From positions 1 to 37,829 of the forward strand of contig JBMSSC010000010.1 of the NCBI GenBank assembly GCA_049424145.1: a DNA stretch of 37,829 nt, in the 5' to 3' direction. The stretch comes from Bdellovibrionia bacterium (lineage in GTDB: Bacteria > Bdellovibrionota > UBA1018). Below, piece by piece: positions 8,197-18,196 of this stretch (its first letter is position 1; each line of letters starts with the position of its first letter). The notes below the pieces were generated by a model that saw nothing but the letters and a program-made list of their open reading frames with translations, was not told the DNA's origin and made no database searches. The position numbers were made by a program, and so were the translations under genes.

Positions 8197-9425
8197 GATT
8201 CCTCCCGAATGGAATTGGTCTTGGCTTCTCCCAGTTTGAGCCAATGCCCGAGTTTTTCCTTCTTGGTCTGTAAGTAATGCTGATTGAAAGGATTGGATTC
8301 CATTTCAATAGGGACCTGCTCGACAATTGAAAGGCCATAACCTTCTAAACCAATAATCTTTTTCGGATTATTCGTCATGAGTCGAAGCTCCGTAATGCCT
8401 AGGGTTCTTAGGATCTGCGCTCCGAGTCCATAATGCCTTAAGTCCGCTTGAAATCCGAGGTGCCGATTTGCTTCTACCGTATCCATTCCCTGGTCTTGAA
8501 GAGCATAGGCACGAACCTTATTTCCCAGCCCAATACCACGACCCTCGTGGCGTCGCATGTACACAAGCACCCCACTTCCTGCTTGAGCAATGTGCTTTAA
8601 AGCAGCCTTGAGTTGAGGCCCACAATCACATCTTAAAGAACCAAAAGCATCCCCCGTCAGACACTCGGAATGAACACGAACCAGAGCGGGATTTTGAATC
8701 TTCCCATACACCAAAGCGACATGCTCCGTGCCCTCTAAAATATCTCGAAACGCATGGAGTTCAAAGGGTGTATCGGAGAACTCAGTCGGCAACTGAGCTA
8801 CAGCAATGGGCTCAATTAAGGTTTCATTTTGAACCCGCTTGGCAATCACGTCTTTGATGCTCACAATGGGAAGCTCATGTTTTTGGGCAAAGGACCGGAG
8901 ATCCTCCAGGCGCGCCATTGTGCCGTCTTCCTTCATGATCTCACAGATGACGGCTGAGGGGTTTAATCCAGCTAATCGAGCTAGATCTACGGAACCCTCC
9001 GTATGTCCGGCACGCACTAAAACACCGCCCTCTTGGGCTTTGAGGGGAAAGATATGCCCGGGATAAATGAGGGCATCTGCCCCCATCTTGGGATCCACCG
9101 CCACACGCACCGTATGTGCTCGGTCGGCAGCCGAGATTCCCGTGCTCACGCCTTCTTTTGCCTCAATGGAGACCGTAAATGCCGTTTGCCGTGGAGATTG
9201 ATTCCGAGAGGCCATCATGGGCAGGCCCAACTGTTCCACTCGCTTGGCCTCAAGTGAGAGGCAAATTAAACCGCGCGCGTAGGTCGCCATGAAGTTAATC
9301 GCCTCAGGGGTGACAAACTCAGCCGCAAGCACGAGATCCCCCTCGTTCTCTCGATCCTCATCATCCACTAGGATGACCATTTTTCCTTTTTTTAACTGCT
9401 CCAGAGCAACCGTTAGGTCCGACAT
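8193..9425 (-). CDS. ribBA: Bifunctional DHBP synthase / GTP cyclohydrolase II
   Basis: [58 protein letters not shown]. Confidence 0.97.
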   Translation of the reverse strand: MSDLTVALEQLKKGKMVILVDDEDRENEGDLVLAAEFVTPEAINFMATYARGLICLSLEAKRVEQLGLPMMASRNQSPRQTAFTVSIEAKEGVSTGISAADRAHTVRVAVDPKMGADALIYPGHIFPLKAQEGGVLVRAGHTEGSVDLARLAGLNPSAVICEIMKEDGTMARLEDLRSFAQKHELPIVSIKDVIAKRVQNETLIEPIAVAQLPTEFSDTPFELHAFRDILEGTEHVALVYGKIQNPALVRVHSECLTGDAFGSLRCDCGPQLKAALKHIAQAGSGVLVYMRRHEGRGIGLGNKVRAYALQDQGMDTVEANRHLGFQADLRHYGLGAQILRTLGITELRLMTNNPKKIIGLEGYGLSIVEQVPIEMESNPFNQHYLQTKKEKLGHWLKLGEAKTNSIREES

Positions 9426-10021
9426 AAACGCTCCACATATTTTGCAAGAATATCGACCTCAATATTAATGGGGTCCTGGGCTTTTAACTGCGAAAGATTC
9501 GTATGGGACCAGGAGTGAGGAATCAGGGTGATTCCCAACCTCGTTTCTGAAGCTGATGAATCACGATCCTCGGCAATAAAGTTGATCGTCAGACTCACTC
9601 CATTAATACAAATAGAGCCCTTCTCCACGCAATAGCGCGATAAACGTTGGGGGATTGAGACTTGAACTAAAACACTCTCCGAATTGACTTTGGCCTCTTT
9701 CCAAAGTCCGATGCCATCCACATGACCCTGCACCCAATGCCCCGAAAGCCTGGTTTGTAAAGTTAAGGCGCGCTCTAAGTTCAAACTGGATTGAGTGGCT
9801 TGTCGTCCTAAGTTGCTTTTTTCCAAAGTCTCAGGACTCAGAAAAAAAGTGCACTCACCTTGATCATTGGGCTCAGTCACAGTTAAACAGACTCCATTGA
9901 CTGATACACTCTCTCCTGGAATCAAATCTTTCATTCCCGTCTGCAGTCGCATCCTGAGAGAGCCATCACTCCAGTGCTGGCTTAGGATTTGTCCCTGTGC
10001 TTCAATAATTCCCGTAAACAT
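9413..10021 (-). CDS. ribE: Riboflavin synthase (alpha)
   Basis: [42 protein letters not shown]. Confidence 0.96.
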   Translation of the reverse strand: MFTGIIEAQGQILSQHWSDGSLRMRLQTGMKDLIPGESVSVNGVCLTVTEPNDQGECTFFLSPETLEKSNLGRQATQSSLNLERALTLQTRLSGHWVQGHVDGIGLWKEAKVNSESVLVQVSIPQRLSRYCVEKGSICINGVSLTINFIAEDRDSSASETRLGITLIPHSWSHTNLSQLKAQDPINIEVDILAKYVERLCRT

Positions 10022-10225
10022 ATCCTAATTCCTCTATAAGACGTCCGATGATTCAGAGTCATGCTTGGCTGAGGTTGGCCCGGTGGTTGAATCCTCACTC
10101 TCTTTTGAGGCATTCCCTCATTCCGAAAAGAGTAGGCAGTCTTCCTGATTGGATTGACGTCCAAAGCCTAAATCCCAGGGCCTTTTTTCCTTTACCTTAG
10201 ACCCCTCCTCTATCACACTCCCGTT

Positions 10226-11353
10226 TTATTTGGCTAGCGCCAAGCGGGAGCGAGAATGAGCCGAGGCTCGGGTTAAACGATCGGATATGGCCTGAGCAAG
10301 CCCGTTTTCCTCGGCGCAGGGCTCAGCTATAAGAATTTCAGCCGAGGTTGCATCAAGCCCTCTCATCTCAGAAAAAAGTCGATGAGCGCGCTCCTTCAGA
10401 TCCCCTGCTTCACTTAACGAACGAATGAGGAGTGGAATTTTCGTGAGTAAAGAGAGCCTACGGTTGAATGCCTCAGGGGCCCCTTTTTGAAGTAAAACTC
10501 CCCAAACCAACGGCTTAAAAAACTTCTGCACGAGAGTTTCGAAGAAACAAATCAGCTCAGAATCCGTGATCTGATCCAGGGGCTTGGGAAACAGCAAAAA
10601 GGGTTTGCCCGGGGCATAATGACTCTCCAGCATCCCTGGGGCTGCAAAGGCGTGAGAGGACCCCACTGGAGTTTGACGTGAGATGGAAAACCCCAAATGC
10701 GTTTGAAGCCTCTCAAGCGAAACGCCTCCCGAACGCAGGAGCTGGATTTGCTCAGGAACTTGAGGATGGATCAGAAGAATTGTAGATTCCACACCAATCC
10801 CACACGGACCTCCATCTAAGATCCAATCCATTCGATCGCCGAGCTCGTCTGCTACGGCCTGAGCTGAGGTGGGGCTGATTCTTCCAAATCGATTGGCAGA
10901 AGGAGCAGCAAGGGGAAACGGCAGCTGCTCTAATAGGTTTTGGGCAACGGGATGCACCGGCATTCGAACCCCAACACTGGGCAGTCCACTGGTTACAAGA
11001 TCAGGGACGTGCGGGTGCTTGGGTAAAATCAACGTTAAAGGCCCCGGCCAAAACGCCTGCATCAACCCTTCGACTTGATGCCTCACAGAAAGCGAAAGAA
11101 CTGAGGGGTCCACCACCTTCATCTGCTCCAACTTCGCTAAGCTCTTCTGAGACGGCCCGACATGCACAATGAGAGGATCAAATGTCGGTCGCTCTTTTGT
11201 TTCAAAAACTTGAGCCAATGCGACCGGGTTAAAACCATTGGCAGCAAGACCATACACCGTCTCCGTGGGCAAGCCCACGAGCTCTCCGTTTTTTAAGGCC
11301 AACGCAATGAGTTTAAGATTTTCTAAAGTGGGAGGGAGAATCCTAGCTCTCAC
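10226..11353 (-). CDS. sua5: L-threonylcarbamoyladenylate synthase, Sua5-type
   Basis: PTETVYGL, K-x-RP-x-x-DPLIVH, FWPGPLT, AAPSAN, APGMLESHYAP, C-terminal Sua5 domain. Confidence 0.93.
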   Translation of the reverse strand: MRARILPPTLENLKLIALALKNGELVGLPTETVYGLAANGFNPVALAQVFETKERPTFDPLIVHVGPSQKSLAKLEQMKVVDPSVLSLSVRHQVEGLMQAFWPGPLTLILPKHPHVPDLVTSGLPSVGVRMPVHPVAQNLLEQLPFPLAAPSANRFGRISPTSAQAVADELGDRMDWILDGGPCGIGVESTILLIHPQVPEQIQLLRSGGVSLERLQTHLGFSISRQTPVGSSHAFAAPGMLESHYAPGKPFLLFPKPLDQITDSELICFFETLVQKFFKPLVWGVLLQKGAPEAFNRRLSLLTKIPLLIRSLSEAGDLKERAHRLFSEMRGLDATSAEILIAEPCAEENGLAQAISDRLTRASAHSRSRLALAK

Positions 11354-12875
11354 CTATTTTACTCCATTTCGATTCACAAGACTCCTGCAGGGCTTTCCAA
11401 AGAGTCTCCATTTTCATGCCACGTGAGCCTTTGATCAAGACCACATCCCCTGCTCTTACCTTCTGGATCACCTCTCTGGCAAGCTCTGCGTGGGACTCAT
11501 GATAAGAAAGATGACCTGAAAACTTAAGTCGATGGAGTTCATCGGCCAAAGCCTTCATCCTAGGACCATACAGCAGCACATGCTCGACTTGAAGGTCCAT
11601 TAGGGGAGCTGCAAGCTCACGATGAAAAAGCTCTTCGTTGGGGCCTAACTCCAACATATCGCCCAAACACGCCCAAGTTGCACCCTTGCGAGAGGACTCT
11701 AAACTCAACTGCTTGAGCAACTGAAGACCTGCCACAACCGAGGCGGGTTGTGCATTATAATAATCACAAAGAACCGAAACCCCCGAAGAAAGCTCCTTGA
11801 GCTGAGACCTCCCCTCAAGCCCCGTGAATGTCTTTAATCCTGCTTGAATCTCCTGAGGCGTTAGACCTAATGCGACTGCAGCGGCCACTGCTCCCAAGAG
11901 ATTGGAGGCATTGTGAGATCCCATTAAAGGAAGAGGTAAACTTAATTCCTCTCTACCCATGCCTGAGATCTGAAGTTTTTTGCCCGACTCAATCAGGGTT
12001 CCCAAAAGAAAATTCCCCGGAATTGTTGAACGCCCACCTGAGAAGGAGGCGCTCGAATGCCGCTCTAAAAAGGCTGAAACCTCTGGTGAAGGACCCTGTT
12101 GCCCTCCCAGCGAGTACAGGATTTTATTTCCCTCATTGGGCGTGACCCCAAAGGGCCTAATCCAAGGATCATCTAAGTTAATCAGAGCCGTTCCTTGATT
12201 TTTAATCACATGTAAAATCGCAAGTCCCTCTTCCCGAGCCACCGTGGGGACGTCCTGAAGCTTTTCCAAATGCTCAGGACCAATGGCCGTGAGAATCACG
12301 TACTCTGCACCCACCAAGTTCATGTGGCTCTGCATTGCACCCACTTCGTCGATACCTACCTCAATGACGGCCGCCTGATGGTGCGCTCGCAACTCTAAGA
12401 GGGTCATGGGAATACCGACATATCCATTTTGACTGCCTTGAGTCTTTAAAACAGAACTCCATTTGCCTCTTAAGATCGCAGCAAGAAGCTCTTTGGTTGT
12501 CGTTTTTCCAGCACTTCCGGCCACCACGACCATGGGAATGAGAAACTCCTTCCTCCATGCCGCTGCAAGTTTTCGAAATGCCTTCAGGGTATCCTCGACA
12601 AAAAAAATCGAGACCTCTTTCGTACCAACAATGGGGTGTCCTTTCCGACACAGAATCCCTCTTGCCCCCCTCTCCACAGCGACGGAAATAAAATCATGTC
12701 CATCATACTTCTCCCCGGAGAGCGCCACAAACAAGCAACCCGGAGTCACTTGCCTGGAATCCGTGGTCACCTGGGTGAACACTTGATTCGAAGCCGCATG
12801 TGAGGAGGTCCTTGAATACAAAGTACGTTGAATCAACTCAGTGGATAGGATCGGTTGAAAAGAAGGAATTTCCAT
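11343..12875 (-). CDS. murF: UDP-MurNAc-tripeptide--D-Ala-D-Ala ligase
   Basis: TDSR, DGHDFI, GSAGKTTTKE, DYYNA, LGDMLELG, KGSRGMKME. Confidence 0.95.
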   Translation of the reverse strand: MEIPSFQPILSTELIQRTLYSRTSSHAASNQVFTQVTTDSRQVTPGCLFVALSGEKYDGHDFISVAVERGARGILCRKGHPIVGTKEVSIFFVEDTLKAFRKLAAAWRKEFLIPMVVVAGSAGKTTTKELLAAILRGKWSSVLKTQGSQNGYVGIPMTLLELRAHHQAAVIEVGIDEVGAMQSHMNLVGAEYVILTAIGPEHLEKLQDVPTVAREEGLAILHVIKNQGTALINLDDPWIRPFGVTPNEGNKILYSLGGQQGPSPEVSAFLERHSSASFSGGRSTIPGNFLLGTLIESGKKLQISGMGREELSLPLPLMGSHNASNLLGAVAAAVALGLTPQEIQAGLKTFTGLEGRSQLKELSSGVSVLCDYYNAQPASVVAGLQLLKQLSLESSRKGATWACLGDMLELGPNEELFHRELAAPLMDLQVEHVLLYGPRMKALADELHRLKFSGHLSYHESHAELAREVIQKVRAGDVVLIKGSRGMKMETLWKALQESCESKWSKIGES

Positions 12876-13029
12876 CCCGAAAGCCTAGCATGAAGCTCGG
12901 CTCAGGACCATCTGAGACTGAAACGCTCTCCCTCTTAACCCCCTGAAAATAGGCTCTTTCAAGGCGACCAACAGCCCAAGGACCAAGTCAAGGACCAGTG
13001 GACGCCTTCACAAAACTTGATTAAAAAAC

Positions 13030-13057
13030 TAAACTATTATCTTCTTTTTTCCGATTA
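13030..13057 (+). promoter_or_regulatory. Sigma28 (FliA)-like promoter
   Basis: TAAA-16 nt-TCCGATTA, 35 nt upstream of the 13092 start. Confidence 0.45.
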
Positions 13058-13091
13058 GCATACAGGAAAGGTCAATTAACTGAAGTCACGT

Positions 13092-15659
13092 ATGACACAC
13101 CCAAAAGAACCCTTTAAAACGGCGAAAGACTTGCTGAGAACCATTCAGACTTACGTCACCGGGGCGTGGGGCCAATTCTCTGCACTAGTTCTGGTTTTGA
13201 GCTGGATTTCTTTTTCACTCCTCTCCCATCTGGAGTCTCAAAAACGGCAGGAAGCGGAAAACCTGGTGTCAACCGGGAGCCAGGATTGGGCGATATTTTT
13301 TGACCAATCCTTACAAAAACACATTCGAGCCCTCCGTGCGGCAACTGAGGAGCAGAAGGCTCAACTTGCCCACTCTCAAACCCAACTTCAGAGCCTGAGC
13401 CCAACTCCCGCTCAGGCTAACCCCGAGGAAAAAACCAAACCGGAGCAGCCCGCTTTAATGACGACCTCCGTCAGCGAACTGGACCCCGCCTTCCTGGATT
13501 TCTCTCTTTGGCGTTTAAACGCATCATTTAGCCCAGATGGAGAGAAGCTCAGCGTGCAGAAGATTTTCCAGGTCATCCCTCCCAAATGGAGCTCAAAGGA
13601 GCTCGATGCCCCTTCCTTGATTGCAGAAGTTGAAAAGGAGGAAACGGATTTGATCCTTCCTGTTTTTCAAGGAAAAGCCCTCTTTCAACTCTCTCCGGGG
13701 CGCTTAGGGCAAGGCCAATTTGCAACCCTTGCCTTCCCTCTGGCCTTAGGTGAAGTCCTCGATGTGATTGTGGCTCATGTGAATCTCCCGCTGCTTCAGG
13801 CCCAAATCCCCAAACCTGAGGGAATTCATGTGTTTTGGATCGACCGTGAGGGGCATCCTCTGTTTGGAACAAGCGAGCAGCCCTCGCCTTTGGATTTCCT
13901 CAAAGAGCGATCCAAAGGCATCGAGGGAATGGGGGATCCCTTCTTTTTTTCAACTGCTCCCGGTCTCTCTTTTTATGGAGCCATGAAAACGATTCAGCCC
14001 CCTCAGTCAGGAATGGTCTTAACGTGGATCACGGAGGAGGAGGCGCTACAAGGGCTTGAAGTCTGGAAAAGAGGCCTGTTTTATTTCTGCTCAGCTGTTT
14101 TCCTCCTCTTCTTAGGACTGCAGGTTCGAAAAGTGGGCGTCCGCCTGCTCTGGGATGAGTTGTCCGCTCGACTTCTGAGGCACCGATTGAAACCTAGGGA
14201 TCAAAAAACCCCAGAGCACGCAATAAGAGAAGCACGAAGTGAAGTTGTGAGCGCTCCTCCTCAAAACCAGCCCCAAACCGAAGTCTCCAAACCTCTCCCA
14301 GCCATAGCCCCCCACCCCGCGCCGCCCCCCCCATCACGCACAGGCACTCTCGTTTTACTTTATGGAGCATTAAAACAACCTGAGCTCCTCATCCAAAATG
14401 AATCGGTTGAAATGGCAGCGGAAACACTTCAAGACTACTTCACATTAGCCAACCTCGTGATTCGAAAATTTGGTGGAACCTTTGAAAAAACCGAGGGGTC
14501 TGGTTTTCATGGGATTTGGGGCGTAGAAAAAGAAAGCCCAGAGGATGCTCAGCAAGCGTTACTCTGTGCCCTACAGTTTCGAATTGACCTCAGTGACTGG
14601 AATGAAATGAGAAAAGTCGAAGGTCAAAAGCCTATTTCCATTGCCATGGGCGTTCACATCCAAGAAGTCCTAGTCAGTCAGCTGGTGGTGGATTCCTCAC
14701 CCTGCCTCACACTCCTCGGCGATCTGATCCCTTGTGCTCGGAGCTTAAAATACCTAGCCAGCTCTCTGGGAAGTGATCTTCTCATCTCAGAGGAGCTCTG
14801 GTTAAAACTTCCTGGAAAACTCATTGGACAACACCTGGGATCAGCCACTCTCACTCCACATTCAGGACTAGTGAATTACTTTGCTCTTCAAGGCTACTTC
14901 ACGGAAGAAGGTCAAGAGGTGCTCATTCCTGAGATCTCCTCTGACCCGATTGAAGAGGTGAGCTTCATTCACTCTGCGCTGAAAGATCAAAAGCCTAAGC
15001 GATGGCTCATGAACAATGGATCCCAGATCCTCGGTCCTTGCACGCCTGAAGAAATCGCTTTAAAGTTATTTTCCCAAGAGCTCGACTTTGACTGTGAGTG
15101 CTGGGCAGAAGGCCTAGGAACGTCCTCCTCCATCGCTGAATCAGGAATGTTTGGTCATGCCTCAACTGAGAGTCCTGAGCAGGGGCTTTGGGTTTTCGAT
15201 GGAAAAACCATTCATGGCCCGATGAACCTAGGATTTTTGAAAACGGCATTAATCCATGGTGCCATCTCCAGTGAGGTTCACCTGTGTGAGGGAAGTACGG
15301 TTTATGGATGGCATGCGTTGAAGCAGTGGAATCCTGAGCTCTTGGCCTCTGCTCCCCCTATCCCATCCGATTTAAGCCCTGAGCCCCGCTCTCCCGAGCT
15401 GGCTCAGGCGAATGAGTCCACCTCCCCAACCCCAGCACCAGAAGAGCACAACCCCATGGCAGGAATTGAAATGCAAGAGCCCTCTCGGATCCTAGGACCC
15501 CAGGACTTTGAAATGGAAGCAGAGGTCACCCTCCTTGAGCCATCCCTGCACCTCCCCGATCACCCTCAGACTGATGCTTCTTCTCCTCAGGAAAAGACCC
15601 TCATTCCCGCCCTAGAGACCATCCAATCCGAGCCCGACGAGCCAGATCAAGCGGCCTAG
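13092..15659 (+). CDS. Membrane protein: extracytoplasmic Cache-like region, degenerate class III adenylate/guanylate cyclase domain, two GYF_2-like domains, acidic Pro-rich tail
   Basis: Two TM segments; cyclase scaffold (LQDYF, IRKFGGTFEK, IWG, ISIAMGVH, LLGD, LLISEE); GYF_2-like WLMNNGSQILGP...ECWAEG and WVFDGKTIHGP...HLCEG. Confidence 0.8.
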   Translation: MTHPKEPFKTAKDLLRTIQTYVTGAWGQFSALVLVLSWISFSLLSHLESQKRQEAENLVSTGSQDWAIFFDQSLQKHIRALRAATEEQKAQLAHSQTQLQSLSPTPAQANPEEKTKPEQPALMTTSVSELDPAFLDFSLWRLNASFSPDGEKLSVQKIFQVIPPKWSSKELDAPSLIAEVEKEETDLILPVFQGKALFQLSPGRLGQGQFATLAFPLALGEVLDVIVAHVNLPLLQAQIPKPEGIHVFWIDREGHPLFGTSEQPSPLDFLKERSKGIEGMGDPFFFSTAPGLSFYGAMKTIQPPQSGMVLTWITEEEALQGLEVWKRGLFYFCSAVFLLFLGLQVRKVGVRLLWDELSARLLRHRLKPRDQKTPEHAIREARSEVVSAPPQNQPQTEVSKPLPAIAPHPAPPPPSRTGTLVLLYGALKQPELLIQNESVEMAAETLQDYFTLANLVIRKFGGTFEKTEGSGFHGIWGVEKESPEDAQQALLCALQFRIDLSDWNEMRKVEGQKPISIAMGVHIQEVLVSQLVVDSSPCLTLLGDLIPCARSLKYLASSLGSDLLISEELWLKLPGKLIGQHLGSATLTPHSGLVNYFALQGYFTEEGQEVLIPEISSDPIEEVSFIHSALKDQKPKRWLMNNGSQILGPCTPEEIALKLFSQELDFDCECWAEGLGTSSSIAESGMFGHASTESPEQGLWVFDGKTIHGPMNLGFLKTALIHGAISSEVHLCEGSTVYGWHALKQWNPELLASAPPIPSDLSPEPRSPELAQANESTSPTPAPEEHNPMAGIEMQEPSRILGPQDFEMEAEVTLLEPSLHLPDHPQTDASSPQEKTLIPALETIQSEPDEPDQAA

Positions 15660-15708
15660 TCTTTTTTTCTTTTCCTTAGCCAAGAAAGCGATTAAAACAA
15701 AATCACTC

Positions 15709-16380
15709 ATGACCTTGGCTCACACCAGACCTTCCTATCCCAGAGCGGCTCAAACCAAACGAAGGGTTCTAAAAACTCTTTCCGTCTTGGGTTTGATGTT
15801 TGCCATTTTAGGCGTCTTAGCTCAAGGGCCTGACTTTACGCTCAATTGGGATCGCACGATTCCAAGTCGCCTTCCTTTGGAAGCGTTAGAGAGGAATTTT
15901 GATTCCGTCACTCGTTGGCCGAATTGGTTTTTTTCTCTCGAAAAAGTCACGGTGGCGCAGGGAGTCCAGCCAGTGGATCCAGGTCGAATTGGAAAAGATT
16001 GTATCCTCAGGCTTCACATCCGTCCAAAACGGGCCTTCAGTCCTTCTTTTGAACTCAAGGCTCATGTCATCCAACACGTCCCCCATCAAAAGATGGCGTT
16101 ACAAATCCTTGAGGACTCCTCGGGAAGGTTGACTCAGCTTTTTGAGCAAATCCAATGGGAAGTCGAACTCAAACAAAATGAACAGGGAAAAACCTTCGTC
16201 CAAGGAAAGGCCTCTGCACAGACCCGAAATTGGCGGGCTCGACTCTTTGGACGACTCATGGGCAAAGCACTCATGAATCAGATTTTCTACCCTGATTTAA
16301 TTAAACTCTCAGAAATGAAACATCCCTTCTCAGTTCTTGAGGGTGTCCAGGTTCCAGGAGACTTTGGCACAGGCTCCTAA
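15709..16380 (+). CDS. SRPBCC/START-like protein with N-terminal membrane anchor or signal
   Basis: Basic-hydrophobic N-terminus; 'FDSVTRWPNWF...V' pattern typical of SRPBCC; C-terminal helix. Confidence 0.55.
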   Translation: MTLAHTRPSYPRAAQTKRRVLKTLSVLGLMFAILGVLAQGPDFTLNWDRTIPSRLPLEALERNFDSVTRWPNWFFSLEKVTVAQGVQPVDPGRIGKDCILRLHIRPKRAFSPSFELKAHVIQHVPHQKMALQILEDSSGRLTQLFEQIQWEVELKQNEQGKTFVQGKASAQTRNWRARLFGRLMGKALMNQIFYPDLIKLSEMKHPFSVLEGVQVPGDFGTGS

Positions 16381-16429
16381 GGGATTTCGCTCTTTTCTTT
16401 CTTCTTCATCCTTGTAGGAAAATCAGATT

Positions 16430-17080
16430 ATGGTCCTTATACTCAGACGCCTTGTTTTTTTTCAAATTCTCCTTCAAACGACTGTAACCCAGATCTTGCA
16501 GGCAGGGCAAACCTTGAGTCAATCTCAAGCGCATGACTCAAAGATCGGTCTAAAATCTTCGACTGATCGGCCTGAAAGAAAAATCCCTCTGATTGATGAG
16601 TTCCTGAAAAGCGGAGCCGATCGAGCCGTTGAAATCTTGCCTCGTCTGCGCCCAAAGAATGAGGAGTCCTATTTACCCGAGGCTCAAAACCCCTCTTTTC
16701 AGTGCTCTGAAGTGACCCTGGCTTTTCGATTTTACCAAACTGAGAAAATTCGAAGCGGCTCCCTCACCACCATCACGGAACTCAAAAGTGAACTTCTCCC
16801 TGATGAACTCAAAGAGCAGGCCCTTTGTTTTTTTAATCAGCTGGATTCCCCTGATCGAAATCGATCCATTGTGCTTAAAAAAGTGCCCATCTCTCAAAAA
16901 ATCTGTGCCCAGTTTTACTCATTTGAAGGAAACGAAGCGATTGCACCGCTCACTCTAAAGCCACTGATGCCTAACCAATCCAACTCAAGAAACCACGGCT
17001 TCAATCAAATTCATGCTACCGCCCAAGGAACCGACACCCAAAGTGCCCTAGAACTTGGCTTAAAAGAGGTCTTAGATTAG
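16430..17080 (+). CDS. Hypothetical protein, possibly exported
   Basis: 216-aa ORF filling the gap, hydrophobic N-terminus; no motif recognised. Confidence 0.55.
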   Translation: MVLILRRLVFFQILLQTTVTQILQAGQTLSQSQAHDSKIGLKSSTDRPERKIPLIDEFLKSGADRAVEILPRLRPKNEESYLPEAQNPSFQCSEVTLAFRFYQTEKIRSGSLTTITELKSELLPDELKEQALCFFNQLDSPDRNRSIVLKKVPISQKICAQFYSFEGNEAIAPLTLKPLMPNQSNSRNHGFNQIHATAQGTDTQSALELGLKEVLD

Positions 17081-17820
17081 GTCTCTGGAAAAGAAATCCA
17101 ACCTGAATGGGGAAGGTTGAGAAACGCTCGAATTTTACTGGGATCAATTCTCTTGCTGTCCTGCTTTTTGACTGCAGGCAGTGAGAAACTGGAGTCCAAC
17201 TTGCCTAAGTCTTTAAGCTCCTGGATGATCTGCAAATGGGTTTTTGGCTGACCATTGGAGAGATTGAAGCGTTGCGAGGCGATCTGGGGATTGGCAAAAA
17301 GTAGGCCCACCACACGAACCACATCCTCAACGTGGATGAGATTCAGATCAGATAAGCCCGCCTGAATCCAACCTTTTTGATACCACGTCAGGGGGTCCCG
17401 AGCAGGACCAAAAATCCCTGCCAGATGTAAAATACAAGCCCCTTTTTGCCTTAACTTCTCCTCAGCTCGAGTTCTGGGCTGATCCCAGTTGAGCTCAGAC
17501 TCCTCGGTGATCCACTCATCCAAAACTGAAACTCGGTAGGCCGACGTGGTGCCCAGAATCAGGACCTGACACGACTTCAAATGAGTCTCAAAAAACTCGA
17601 GAGCCAAGGCCTCATCCAGGGGGTCAGCGGCTGCAGGAAAGGTCCAAAGAACGGAGGATCCAGGTGGCACTCTGAGGAGCTCAGCACTCCAGGTGGATCT
17701 CTTTCTTAAATCAAAATCATTGCGATGAGTCACGCGGGCTTCAGGGTATTTTTCCGCCACTCGACTACCCACGTATCCCCCACCTAGGATTAAAAGCGGC
17801 AACCTTTTGTTTTCACTCAT
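17077..17820 (-). CDS. Atypical SDR / NAD(P)-binding epimerase-like protein (YeeZ-like)
   Basis: ILGGGYVG Rossmann motif, GTTSAY, LAGIFGP, LNLIHVEDV, FNLSNG; SD GAGGTG. Confidence 0.8.
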   Translation of the reverse strand: MSENKRLPLLILGGGYVGSRVAEKYPEARVTHRNDFDLRKRSTWSAELLRVPPGSSVLWTFPAAADPLDEALALEFFETHLKSCQVLILGTTSAYRVSVLDEWITEESELNWDQPRTRAEEKLRQKGACILHLAGIFGPARDPLTWYQKGWIQAGLSDLNLIHVEDVVRVVGLLFANPQIASQRFNLSNGQPKTHLQIIQELKDLGKLDSSFSLPAVKKQDSKRIDPSKIRAFLNLPHSGWISFPET

Positions 17821-17997
17821 CCAAACACCTCAAGCTTCTTCTTACCATTCTTCTTAGCAAACGGCTCTGGATTCACGCTTTTCTTAAGCCTTCCTTCCAT
17901 TGCAGAAGGCTCTGGGTCGTTTCAAGGGACTTTCCGCTCAGATCGGCTCAAGATCTCAAGCGACCGCAGAGTGAAGCCTGAGGAGTATGCCCCCTCA

Positions 17998-18032
17998 CCC
18001 TACCCTACCCTACCCTACCCTACCCTACCCTA
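17998..18032. repeat. Pentanucleotide microsatellite (CCCTA)7 = (TAGGG)7
   Basis: Seven perfect units read directly; intergenic. Confidence 0.95.
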
Positions 18033-18196
18033 CTCCAAATGATGCCTAGCAACCGGGATACCAGGGGTCTTCTTGCTCTAAGCATGAATCCACACCACCT
18101 GACTTTAATGGACCGTGCGATTGGATCAACGAAAAATCACCTATTGAAACCAAAGGACAACCCCCGCCACGATGGATCTCTTGCTCCTCGTGACGA

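Noticed and set aside
10022..10225. Canonical FMN riboswitch upstream of ribE
   Set aside because: Expected by context, but none of the conserved aptamer blocks is present on either strand.
17998..18032. Eukaryotic telomere or contamination, since TAGGG is a known protist telomere unit
   Set aside because: Only 35 bp, internal, and flanked by SD-led bacterial genes.
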